Shown piece by piece: positions 36,950-47,808 of a stretch of DNA of 64,000 nucleotides; position 1 is the first letter of the stretch; every line of letters starts with the position of its first letter. Under the pieces are notes generated by a model. That model was not told the DNA's origin and did not search any database. It saw nothing but the letters and a program-made list of their open reading frames with translations. Source of the DNA: Macrostomum lignano (lineage: Eukaryota); assembly GCA_002269645.1 (NCBI GenBank), contig NIVC01001679.1:124001-188000 (forward strand), in the 5' to 3' direction. Made by a program: the position numbers and the translations under genes.

Positions 36950-37722
36950 GAGTGACAGGGCGATTCTCAAAGGAGTGACAGGGCGATTCTTCAAGGAGTG
37001 ACAGGGCGATTCTCAAAGGAGTGACAGGGCGATTCTCAAAGGAGTGACAGGGCGATTCTCAAAGGAGTGACAGAGCGATTCCTAAAGTAGTGACAGGGCG
37101 ATTCTTCAAGGAGTGACAGGGCGATTCTCAAAGGAGTGACAGGGCGATTCTTCAAGGAGTGACAGGGCGATTCTTAAAGGAGTGACAGGGCAATTCTTAA
37201 AGGAGTGACGGGGCGATTCTTAAAAGAGTGACAGGGCGATTCTTAAAGGAGTGACAGGGCAATTCTTAAAAGAGTGACAGGGCAATTCTTAAAGGAGTGA
37301 CAGGGCAATTCTTAAAGGAGTGACGGGCGATTCTTAAAAGAGTGACAGGGCGATTCTTAAAGGAGTGACAGGGCAATTCTTAAAGGAGTGACGGGGCGAT
37401 TCTTAAAAGAGTGACAGGGCGATTCTTAAAGGAGTGACAGGGCAATTCTTAAAGGAGTGACAGGGCGATTCTTAAAGGAGTGACAGGGCAATTCTTAAAG
37501 GAGTGACAGGGCAATTCTTAAAGAGTGACAGGGCAATTCTTAAAGGAGTGACAGGGCGATTCTTAAAAGAGTGACAGGGCGATTCTTAAAGGAGTGACAG
37601 GGCAATTCTTAAAGGAGTGACAGGGCGATTCTTAAAGGAGTGACAGGGCGATTCTTAAAGGAGTGACAGGGCAATTCTTAAAGGAGTGACGGGGCGATTC
37701 TTAAAAGAGTGACAGGGCGATT
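36950..37722. repeat. 23-bp intronic minisatellite (family A)
   Basis: Unit aaggagtgacagggcgattct(c/t)a. Confidence 0.96.
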
Positions 37723-37882
37723 TCCATGGATTGTTCATAGTATATAATTTTAAAGGAGAAACATTAGAACAGAATTATTTCCTTATAAGTAGATAAACGA
37801 ATAAAAATAATATCTATAATTTAGCTACTTGCATTTCTACTATCAGTAGTATTATAAGTTTGCAAAAATCACACTGGCTCAC

Positions 37883-38577
37883 CTGTACAGTCAGATAATA
37901 GTGAGGAATAGACTGCTTAGACTGGGTTAGCCTCTTAGCAATGGTGGATCGCATGCTAGACAGAGGCAGGTCAACATAGTCAGCACCTGGTGGCACAGCA
38001 GCAGCCTTGCCCGGAGCAGCATCAGCAGCCTTACTGACGCCAGTAGCGGCAGCATTGAGCACATCAGCTGATACAATCCTGCCATCAGCACCCGAAGCTG
38101 TGCCAACGCTAGCCAAATCAACACTTTTCTCTTTGGCTATTAATTTAGCATATGGCGAGGCCTTGATACGATCCGAGCTACTGACTGGAACAGCGGCGGC
38201 GGGAGCGGATGCTGGGGCGGAAGAAGCCGCCGGGGCGGATTGAGCAGGTGCTGGCGGCGGAGTTGACGCCGGAGCAGCTCCGCCAAGTTCGGCAGCCGTA
38301 ACCGAGGCAAACTTAGACGCGTCAGATTCATTTTCGGCAAGAACGCAGAGCACTGAGCCTAGAGGTATGTTTTTAGCTCCGCCAGGTACAAATATCTTAG
38401 CTAGGTAGCCTTCCTCGCTAGCCTCAAAACCCATTGTGGCTTTGTCTGTCTCAATTTCTGCTAATAAATCGCCTTCCTTAACGTAATCGCCTTCTTTCTT
38501 CTCCCAGGAGACAATTGTGCCCATTTCCATGGTTGGCGACAGAGCTGGCAGGGTGATGGCCTTGTGAGGCGGCAGGT
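37883..38577 (-). CDS. DLAT: DLAT exon 4 (lipoyl domain 2, linker, E1/E3-binding domain, start of catalytic core)
   Basis: LPALSPTMEMG...EIETDKATMGFE; RIKASPYAK; RSTIAKRLTQSKQSIPHYYL; acceptor ctcttcccgcag|ac. Confidence 0.96.
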
Positions 38578-38677
38578 CTGCGGGAAGAGGGGGCCGAGAG
38601 TCCCAATGCTAAATAGTATGAGTACATTCAAATCAAAGGTTATTTTTAAACACAACATTAAGCATTTAAATATAAGA

Positions 38678-39322
38678 TAGAGCGATTCTCAAAGGAGTGA
38701 CAGGGCGATTCTCAAAGGAGTGACAGGGCGATTCTCAAAGGAGTGACAGGGCGATTCTCAAAGGAGTGACAGGGCGATTCTCAAAGGAGTGACAGGGCGA
38801 TTCTCAAAGGAGTGACAGGGCGATTCTCAAAGGAGTGGCGGGGCGATTCTCAAAGGAGTGACAGGGCGATTCTCAAAGGAGTGACAGGGCGATTCTCAAA
38901 GGAGTGACAGGGCGATTCTCAAAGGAGTGACAGGGCGAAGGTGTGGCGGGGCGATTCTCAAAGGAGTGACAGGGCGATTCTCAAAGGAGTGACAGGGCGA
39001 TTCTCAAAGGAGTGACAGGGTGATTCTCAAAGGAGTGACAGGGCGATTCTCAAAGGAGTGGCGGGGCGATTCTCAAAGGAGTGGCGGGGCGATTCTCAAA
39101 GGAGTGACAGGGCGATTCTCAAAGGAGTGAGGGCGATTCTCAAAGGAGTGGCGGGGCGATTCTCAAAGGAGTGACAGGGCGATTCTCAAAGGAGTGAGGG
39201 CGATTCTCAAAGGATCAGGGCGATTCTCAAAGGAGTGACAGGGCTATTCTACAAGGAGTGACAGGGCGATTCTCAAAGGAGTGACGGGTCGATTCTCAAA
39301 GGAGTGACGGGGCGATTCTTAA
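38678..39322. repeat. 23-bp intronic minisatellite (family A, second array)
   Basis: Unit aaggagtgacagggcgattctca. Confidence 0.96.
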
Positions 39323-39729
39323 GAGTAACTCATGCACGATGATGAGAAGCGGGTTGGGAATAAATATTGGAACACAAGCACACAATTAACAAAAAACTGT
39401 TGACTCAAAACTACTAAAGAACACACAGGAGGGTAGCACTAAATACTGATTAAGACATTATTTAAAAACCGTTCCTTTTATGCCATTTTTACGTGCAAGC
39501 ATTGCAAAATTAATCGAATTGGTTAAATAGGTTTAAAATTCAATTCAAAAGTGCAAGACGTTAGAAAAACACAGATTAGATAGACGTTAATGATTCAGGT
39601 TCTAGTCGAGAGATGTTTGCCAGCTTGCTAATAGATTGCTGACTTTTTACACTTAATATCCATCGCTTGCTACTCATAAGTAGGCTAATAGCACAGCATA
39701 ACACAAAATCTTTTATCGTATAAACCCAC

Positions 39730-39772
39730 TACTTTTAGCAGCACCAGCGGCAGGAGAAGGAGATGACTGTTG

Positions 39773-39811
<39 letters not shown>

Positions 39812-40131
39812 AGAGTCAGCCGGAGCCTTCGCAGCGCCCCCAGCAGGGGGAGTGTAGTTCTCAAACGCGGCCACCTCATCTTTGCTGGCAACCACAACAC
39901 ACAGAGGCGAGCCAAGTGGCAGGCCTTTAGTACCGGCTGGGACAATAATTTTAGCTAGAAATCCCGGCTCGGTCGCTTCAAATCCCATTGTGGCTTTGTC
40001 TGTTTCAACTTCGCACAGGACGTCGCCTTCGGCAATTTCGTCGCCAACAGATTTGTCCCAGGAGACAATGGAGCCGGACTCCATTGTTGGGGACAGGGCT
40101 GGCAGGGCTACGAGCTGGTGCGGTGGCAGGT
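39730..40131 (-). CDS. DLAT: DLAT exon 3 (lipoyl domain 1 and Q15 linker)
   Basis: LPPHQLVALPALSPTMESG...EVETDKATMGFE; acceptor tttgcttttag|ac; donor a|gtgggt. Confidence 0.93.
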
Positions 40132-40956
40132 CTAAAAGCAAATATGACAATTTAATTAACGCCTGGAACGTATGCAAACGAACTGCGACAATTGAGTCGA
40201 ACAATAAAGCTTAGCCCAGTAATTAAGATGATTATAAATTTGCAAATTGTCTCTATTTATTATTTAGTATTGTTAGGAACAGCCACAGATACTAGAATAA
40301 CTAGAATGGCCACTTAACACATTTGCGTGCAAGCTACTTTCAGTTCAGTAGTAAGTAGAACAGAAGGATTTTAATGTACTTTTTGGCTAATTATTGGCTC
40401 TTACTCAGCTTAAACCCTCCAACCGCGCCATTCCACACTACCCCTCCCCCCAGCTTCCGCCCCAATTTTTATTGCCTTTCTCGGAATTCCACAGCCTAAA
40501 TCTGCCATGTGCATTTCAGTTGAATGGCTAATGTACATTATGGCTGAACCAATTAGCAAGTCGCCTGCAAGCTTGGGGGTGTTGGGCTTCTAAACTTATC
40601 AAAGTCATTTCAGCTGCCTTTATTTTTATAAAATAGCTTATGTACTCTTCTTTGCTACTGAACTGAAAGTACGAGTAGAAAGCTGTTTTACTGAGTATAT
40701 ATGTGTGAGTGGCCCATCTAGTTATTCTAGGATCTGTGAGAAAGCCTATAAAATGACTGCAAATGTGCATAGTCCCCAGTGAAAATGGTTAGTTAGACCA
40801 CTTACACTCTCAGAGCATTATTGGTTTACTTTATATGAAAACTATTGAAATCTTTTTGTTAAAAAGAACAATAAGTGCTTATATACTAAATCAATGAAAA
40901 GTGTTATTATTTACAATTTACAAGTAAATAAGGTTCAATTAGTTGATATTTAATAC

Positions 40957-41087
40957 CTGAATAATGCCTGACAGGCTGTCTAAATAGCACTGCAGATTTT
41001 GTATGATATGGCAGAGCTGGTATCCTTGATTGTCCAATAAGGGATGTTGCAAAATGTTGTGGCCATTTTTGCTGACTTGCAATAGGC
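40957..41087 (-). CDS. DLAT: DLAT exon 2 (mitochondrial presequence, ends VRHYS)
   Basis: Not in the ORF track frame; acceptor ccattttag|g, donor tcag|gtatta; gives RHYS-D-LPPH, like the vertebrate RYYS-LPPH cleavage region; phases fit. Confidence 0.8.
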
Positions 41088-41801
41088 CTAAAATGGTTTT
41101 GGTTATAATTTGTCTTTTTTCAATCACAAATAATCATAAATCAAAGAACAAAACAAAGTAAAAACATATCATTATGTTAAAATCCAAACTAGTATACTTA
41201 TATTTATATATAAAGAAAAGTATATATATAACATTTCAACAATGATTATAATTAAATATTTGTAAAAAGATCATGCATAGCCATAGACCTAAATCATAAC
41301 TAACTTAGTCTCAATTCTTATTTTAAAAATCTATAAGCAAAGCTTAACTATTAATAAACATAAATAGGATAATGATAAAAAATAAAAGTTTAATAAATAT
41401 ATATATATACCTTTAAACTATAAACATAAATAAATTAATAAATAACACTATTCTTATATTATTAAAATTAAAAAATATTTTAAGAAGTTATAAAAACTAC
41501 ATTTGAAATAAATTAAATATTTTTATATACACATATATTTGTATATATAGAATTAAACTTAAGATTGTTTTATATTAACATTAAATTAAAACAATGATCA
41601 ATTAATAGAAATAATATATTTTGAGGAAAACAATTATAATAAATCAAATTTATGCTTTTTATAATAGTAGTTGCTATATTTATCAATAATCTAAATATAC
41701 AAAAATACTAATATAATAATCATCTTTGACCATTGTCAATGTAGTAATAATAGTTTTATTTATATGAAATATGGCTTATTAATTTATAGTGTATTAATGT
41801 A

Positions 41802-43081
41802 GGGACTTCAGTGAGTTATAAGAAGTGCGTGCCAATGGCAAAAAAGTAAGAAAAAAGTCCAATTTTTCAAGGGCGATTTTAAAGAAACTATAGAAGCCAG
41901 GATGAAAGTAAAATATGCATTTAAAAGGTAAAAAGGAGCTCTTTCAAATGACACCAACTGCAAGTCTAGCTTTGTTATACTTTTTGCACTGTCTATTTTT
42001 AAAGTTGACCATTTTTTAGGAGGAATATAAAATTGAAGCCAAAATGAATAAAAAAAACAGTGGTTCAGAAAATGCTTTTTCTTAGCTGCAATGTGTTTCT
42101 TATAATGGAAACAAAGGTTTTATAGTGTAAAGGGATAATTTAGAAACATTTTTCTGGTGTTAAAAAAAAATTTTTTTTTCTTTTAATGCCCATATGGCTC
42201 TATGCAAAATTTCAAATCCAAAATTTTCCATGAAATCCTTTTCCTGCATTGTTTCTCTTTATATTTTTCATTACCTATTGACAATACAAGCACAGTAAAA
42301 AAAACCGCTTGCCAATAGCTATAGGCGCAAAAATTTTGTGGAGGTTTCTTTTTTTGATACGTTTACATGTAAAATACCCATTGAAACGTGTATTTCGTGT
42401 TTTTTGTGAGACTCTGCCTTCCGGCAAACTAGTTCTCTGTGTCATTTAACTAATTCTGCTATGCTGAACACGATAGGCAAAACCGTTTTTTAATAAACCC
42501 ATGCGCAAAGCCTGTACAGCACATTACATTGCAGTTGGGGTGTCTGTCATGCATTAAAAATTTAGGGCAAGAAGTAGAATAGTATTATAGTAGGTAAAAA
42601 CCTGAACAAAATGACACTAGCCTTGTATAAATTAAGCAAGCAGAACAGATGCTATTGTATTTTTAAAATTGCAATCATTGCGTATCTGGTTAAAATAGTC
42701 AAAATTTCATACACCCATCCTGTTTCAATTAGCTTAGCAACTTGGGCATATAAAATAATATTAAAATATATAATTCATACAATTAACACTAAAAAACTGA
42801 ACAAAATGACACCAAGCACAGTCATTTTGGTTGGCTAGAAAATTAATTACAAGTGTTCAAAGACAAAAAGCCAACTTTTTGGCCAAAAATGATCACAAAC
42901 CGTAATGTAAAAATTCCATTGGCTAAAGGCACAAATCGGGGTTACTAAAATAGCTGTAGTTTCCTTATTACTCAACCAAATCACTAAAGTTTGGCCATTT
43001 TGGAAATGGGAAAGTAAGATCTATCTAGTGAAATAGCAGCCTATAACAATTTCTGAAATTTAATTTTCTCACTGAAGTGCC
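41802..43081. mobile_element. Non-autonomous Tc1/mariner-type element in DLAT intron 1
   Basis: 14-bp TIRs gggacttcagtgag / ctcactgaagtgcc (13 of 14 match), flanked by TA at 41800-41801 and 43082-43083; no ORF. Confidence 0.6.
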
Positions 43082-43521
43082 TAATTAATGATTAATTAGT
43101 ATACTTTCTAACTCTTTATAAATTTGAAGCATTGGTATACTTACTTTAAAAGTACATATAGACAGAAACCAATAAAGATAAACTTAGAAACAAGCATTTT
43201 AAATCTTATAAAGTTTGCACTTTGTCTTTTTAATATAGCTATTACATAGATCATAGGAATAGGATTTTAGAGTGAAAATAAAGTGTACATATAACAGTAT
43301 ATTGTATAATTGTACCAAAATTACTAGACAATCTAATTTTAAGTTTTCTTTAAATTACAGTTGATATGGATAAAAAGCTAGAGTATTCTAGCCAGTTTTA
43401 AACACCAATCAAACTCAAACAAAGATGAGAGAGAAGTAAGCTATGAGCTTAAAAATTGGAATAGAAAGCCTAAATCTAAAAACTAACACCCGAATTAAGT
43501 ATTTGTGATATATTTAGTTAC

Positions 43522-43652
43522 CTCTGTGATAGTCCAAAAGTCAAATCCGACTGCTTGGAACTGCTCAAGCATCTGCTTATAAAACGAAATTTATGGCAAA
43601 CTTTAAGATACTCCACGCCATCCAAAGAAACAAGCTTAGTTATATGCGACAT
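43522..43652 (-). CDS. DLAT: DLAT exon 1 (ATG, presequence)
   Basis: MSHITKLVSL...KFRFISRCLSSS...; donor ag|gtaact (phase 2) joins exon 2; full model is 655 aa with an 87-aa presequence. Confidence 0.7.
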
Positions 43653-44129
43653 AATGAATGCAATGAAAAAATTGTTTTCCAAGTAGAGACCTTCTGGCTG
43701 TCCCGCCCGCACAAAGTGACACTCAGCTCAAAACAAGACAATGTATTGTTCAGTTTAAAATGTTCTAATAAAAAGATCCCTGTTTTTCATAAATCGTATT
43801 TTGCGGTGTTGCGTCATGTAGTAAAACAGAATTACTGCTACTTTCTTAATGGTAAAATTCTTGAATGTAAATGCAAGAAAAAATTTGCGCTTGTTTATTG
43901 CTATGTATTTACTTTTAATCTTTAGATTCGTGCTTAAAAGTGTCACCATAAGATTCCTGATTGACTTCGATGTATTAATATTAGCAATATTAGCATCACA
44001 TCAAAGAACGACTTGGGCTGGGGAAATAAGTAATAACCGACAAATATGTAAAAAAATTGAACCAAAAGAAAAAATTCGGACTGGGGTACGTTCTTTAAGG
44101 TCATAAACAAGCTAAAAAGATTCCATAGG

Positions 44130-47090
44130 ACAAGATAAGAGATCGTGATAGGAATCCTCACGCCATGCAAACCTGACGGATCGAGAGAACAAGAGAACGG
44201 AGGTGTGGCAGGTTATAAGGGTGAGTCGTCAGAGGAGCACAACGTCAACGGTCCAGGAACCACCATGAAGGGAACAAGACTGCCTGGGAGAACGGCAACG
44301 TGGTATTCAAGAAGCAGCCGCCAAGCCTAAGCAAGATCTCCACCGGCCAATGGATCTCTGGCAATACTCAAATCCTACAGACAGCGCCTGATTGACGACG
44401 GAGCTTGCTTATCTACGTGAGCTGGTGCGAGCAACCGCAGCTGTACCATCGCCACCTGAAGGCTCCACGCAATCTGAAGGTCACTTTGAACCGACCCGGT
44501 ATCTCCTAGCCGCAGGCGTCCGTTTGCCGCATGAGCTTCAACTCACCAGCCGGCTGTCAACGGTCTAGCTGCTGGTACCGGGACGTCTGCAAGCTACAGG
44601 CTGCAGCAAGCCGCATCCCGCCCAACTGCATAGCTAGAGCAGCAATACGGCTGATGGGTCAAAAAACTAGATTAGCCACCCAATTATTTCTATCTCCCAC
44701 CGGCCCTTATTCCATTGTTTGCATCCCCTCGCCCCTGCCCGGTACCCCGACCCGCCTGGCGCCGCATTGGGTGCTGACGTCTTCGAACATGAACATGCCT
44801 TCTTGGAATCTTCTGCTCCACAACGACCCAGACGAGAGATTCCAGCTCCGAAAGGCCTTCATAACGGCTCAACAAGCCTCCGCCTGCCTTCACGCACGAT
44901 CTATCAACTACCGTTCCGCTACTGACCATGCCGAGCAGGTTGACAAGTAACTTTCTGAAGAGCTCCGCCTTGGCCGCTTTCAACCCACTAGCGGACGCGT
45001 CATAGTGAATGCTATTGGCGCGATCCCTAAGTCTGACGGCAGCGTTCGGCTCATTCACGATCTCTCCAGTCCTTCCGGCTCTTCGGTCAACGTCTGAGAT
45101 TCTCCTCCGTGCAGGATCCGCTGCGTCACATCCGGCCCTGTCTGCTTGCAGCAGGCCTACTGCTCTTTCGGCATCCACCCGAACGATCAGACGCTGACGG
45201 ACTTCAGCTGACACTGAATCCTCCGTGATCACCGGCTGCCCTTTAGTGCCCGGGCCTCTGCCCTCTCGCGAGATCTTTCACCGTCTCTCAGCCACCATTC
45301 ATCGTCACATAATTAGGCAAGGCTTCCAAGCTACTGTCAACTACTTGAATGACTGGGCAGTTGCCGGCGACTCACGGGAAGTCGCTGAATGCGCTTACGA
45401 CTAGCTGGTGCACCTCCTGCAAGTCCTGGGCTTCACAATCAACTGGAGCGAGTCCATGGCCCCAGCTTAGCGGCTGGTCTGCTTGGTGTTCAAATTGAAA
45501 AATTTACGGAAAACTGTCGCTACCCATGAACAAGGCCGCCAGCACCAGGGATTTGCTGAAGGACTGCCTCTCCCGCAACGTCTTCAAGCTCAAGCAGCTG
45601 GAGAGACTGACCGGGAAGCTGTACTGGTTGGGCCAGGTCAACAAGCTGCTGTGTCCGTTCCTTCGCCCGCTTTTGACCTCATCAGCGACGGTCGAGATCT
45701 CCGGCTGTCTCAAGGAGCTCGTGATCTGTTGCAACGGTGGCTGCAGGCAGTGGACTCGCTCCGACCTACGCCGCTGCGCCCGCGCTTTCATCAATTGGTA
45801 GCCATCGAGTCTGACAGAAATCCGAAGGCGCCACTTGTATTGTAAGCGGCACCCGCTTCAGTGACTGGGTGTACGACTTCGAGTCAGAGTTCAAAGACCT
45901 CCACATCTGCGCCTCCTAATCAAGCGTGCAAATCAGCCTCGTCCTTCATCCACAGGGCACCGGACCGTATCAAAGGACAACGCCCGACTGGCTCACGTCT
46001 GCCTCGGAGCCCGACGCCTACTAAGCAGACAGCCACGCAGGGCAGAGCCGCTGCAGCCGCGTCATCTCCGCCTGCTCTGCAACTGCTCTCTGCTTCAGCA
46101 ATTGCCCCCCCCCCCGGCGCCTTTTCGTGGCTTTAAAGCTGCTCTGCTGATCGCCTGGTGGGGCGTCCTTCGTCTGGGCGAACTGCTTCCATCTATTGCT
46201 GGCGATGCTCGACCTGCCCCGGCGGCCTTTGCCTGACCATCGGCAAGTCCAAGACCAACCAGTTCAAGGAGCATCAGCTGCTGGTCTTCCTTCCGCAATG
46301 CTCCGACTTCCCACAGATCTGCGTGAGGGCCAGGTTGTCGAGCCGCAGCAGTCTCTCTTCTCTGCAGAGTCCCGTTGGCTGCCTCGACCTTCATCCTGTT
46401 GTGATTCGACGTATTGGCCCGTACTGTACGCTAGCTCTCTACCTCGCGCTCTCCGAACCCTAACGAACCCTTCGATACTCGTAACTTATTGTTAGCTATA
46501 TTTTATTTCCTGTCTACCGCTGCCCTTTTCGCTTCGTTTCTCTTCTGCCTAGAGCACCGGCGTGAAGAATCACTACCGTAAGTGTCGTCCTGCCTTCTTA
46601 CTTTGGCGTTCAGTGCAATTAGGACATTGTCCCTAGGGCCTGTTCCTTCGCTGCGACCCTGGTTGCCGGCCTACTGCCTGCGCGTTAGTGCGACAGCGGG
46701 TTGGCAAGCAGCAGGTGCTGAGTTTCCCTGCTCGTACAGAGCGGGGGACAAAGCCGGCTGGTCCGTCTTGGGACACAATAATCCAAGGGGGACACTTCTC
46801 AGGCCACAGTTCCGTGGAAGCCTCTTCCTGGCCGACATCTGCTGCCTTAGAGACTGGCGCTTCGACTCCGTCTTCCGCTATTTCTCGGACGATGCAGCTT
46901 TTGCCCACAGGCGCTCTGCCGTCCAGCAGATCGCTGCTACCATTGACTAACCTTAATTCCTTCCCCCGCTTTTTATTTTTGAGGTTGCGGTCGCCTTCCC
47001 CACCTTGTTGCTGCTTCGTGCTCGCTGCCATCTCACCGCTTTTGCCTTCTTTCGCTGCTGGTAGTGTTGCGGGTTAATAGTGATTATATG
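44130..47090 (+). mobile_element. Degenerate tyrosine-recombinase retrotransposon (DIRS order, Ngaro-like): gag ZnF, RT/RNaseH, YR; ends approximate
   Basis: gag VCRMSFNSPAGCQRSSCWYRDVC (about 44522); RT AIGAIPKSDGSVRLIHDLSSPSGSSVN (45002-45091), RLPF, YLND in place of YLDD (about 45343), LLQVLGFTINW; YR WWGVLRLGEL, SKTNQ, FSGHS-FR (frameshifted), DWRFDSVFRY; many stops and frameshifts. Confidence 0.88.
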
Positions 47091-47808
47091 AAAAATTGCA
47101 GATAACGTTGACATACGTTTAACCGGTCGATCACTTCTTTTTACGCTGCTGACTGAGGTCTGAGGTCACCCAAAGCCACTCAAAAGGCCGACGTTCGCCA
47201 GCATATCCGACGTACGTCACTGTACGTCGCTGTACGTTGCTGGACGTCGCTGCATGGCAAACGGGTATTTTTCCATTACACCAACGAATCACGACGTCAT
47301 ACGTCTACGCCTGTTTAAAAGTTGTAAAACTCTTTCAGGACGTTAGTTTGTTGCGACTGCGGGGCTCTCTCCAAAAGGAGTATTGTATTATTAAATTAGA
47401 ATGGAATCATAATTTCTAATTAACTTGCCCACAGAAGGAAACAAAGAAGACTTAATTAATCGAACGGAACAAGCCTTGCAGATTTATTGACCCGATGCTA
47501 AAATCCTACTCAATAGACTGTTTGCCTACGCTGTTTACCTATGATTTGGCGATCTCCAAATATGGAAGAATTAGATTTAGCTCGCTGGCAGGACGAGAGA
47601 GCAAGCAAATACACAGAAAAAATCCCTTCCGACTTGGATTAGATGGATCTGAGACTATTCTGTATACTCGAGTGATCTAGAGGTCCCAATACTATCTCGA
47701 GAGCCGTGCTTTGATTGGGCAAACATGGATAACCCGAAGACTATTTAGCTATATATTCTTTATCATTCGAGCTAATGGTCATCCCCTTTCTTTGAGCAAG
47801 CATTCAAT

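Noticed and set aside
40528-44106. Short AT-rich ORFs in DLAT introns and upstream (also 52786-58336, 62275-63477)
   Set aside because: No motifs or codon bias; chance ORFs. The exception is the 43522-43652 portion used as DLAT exon 1.
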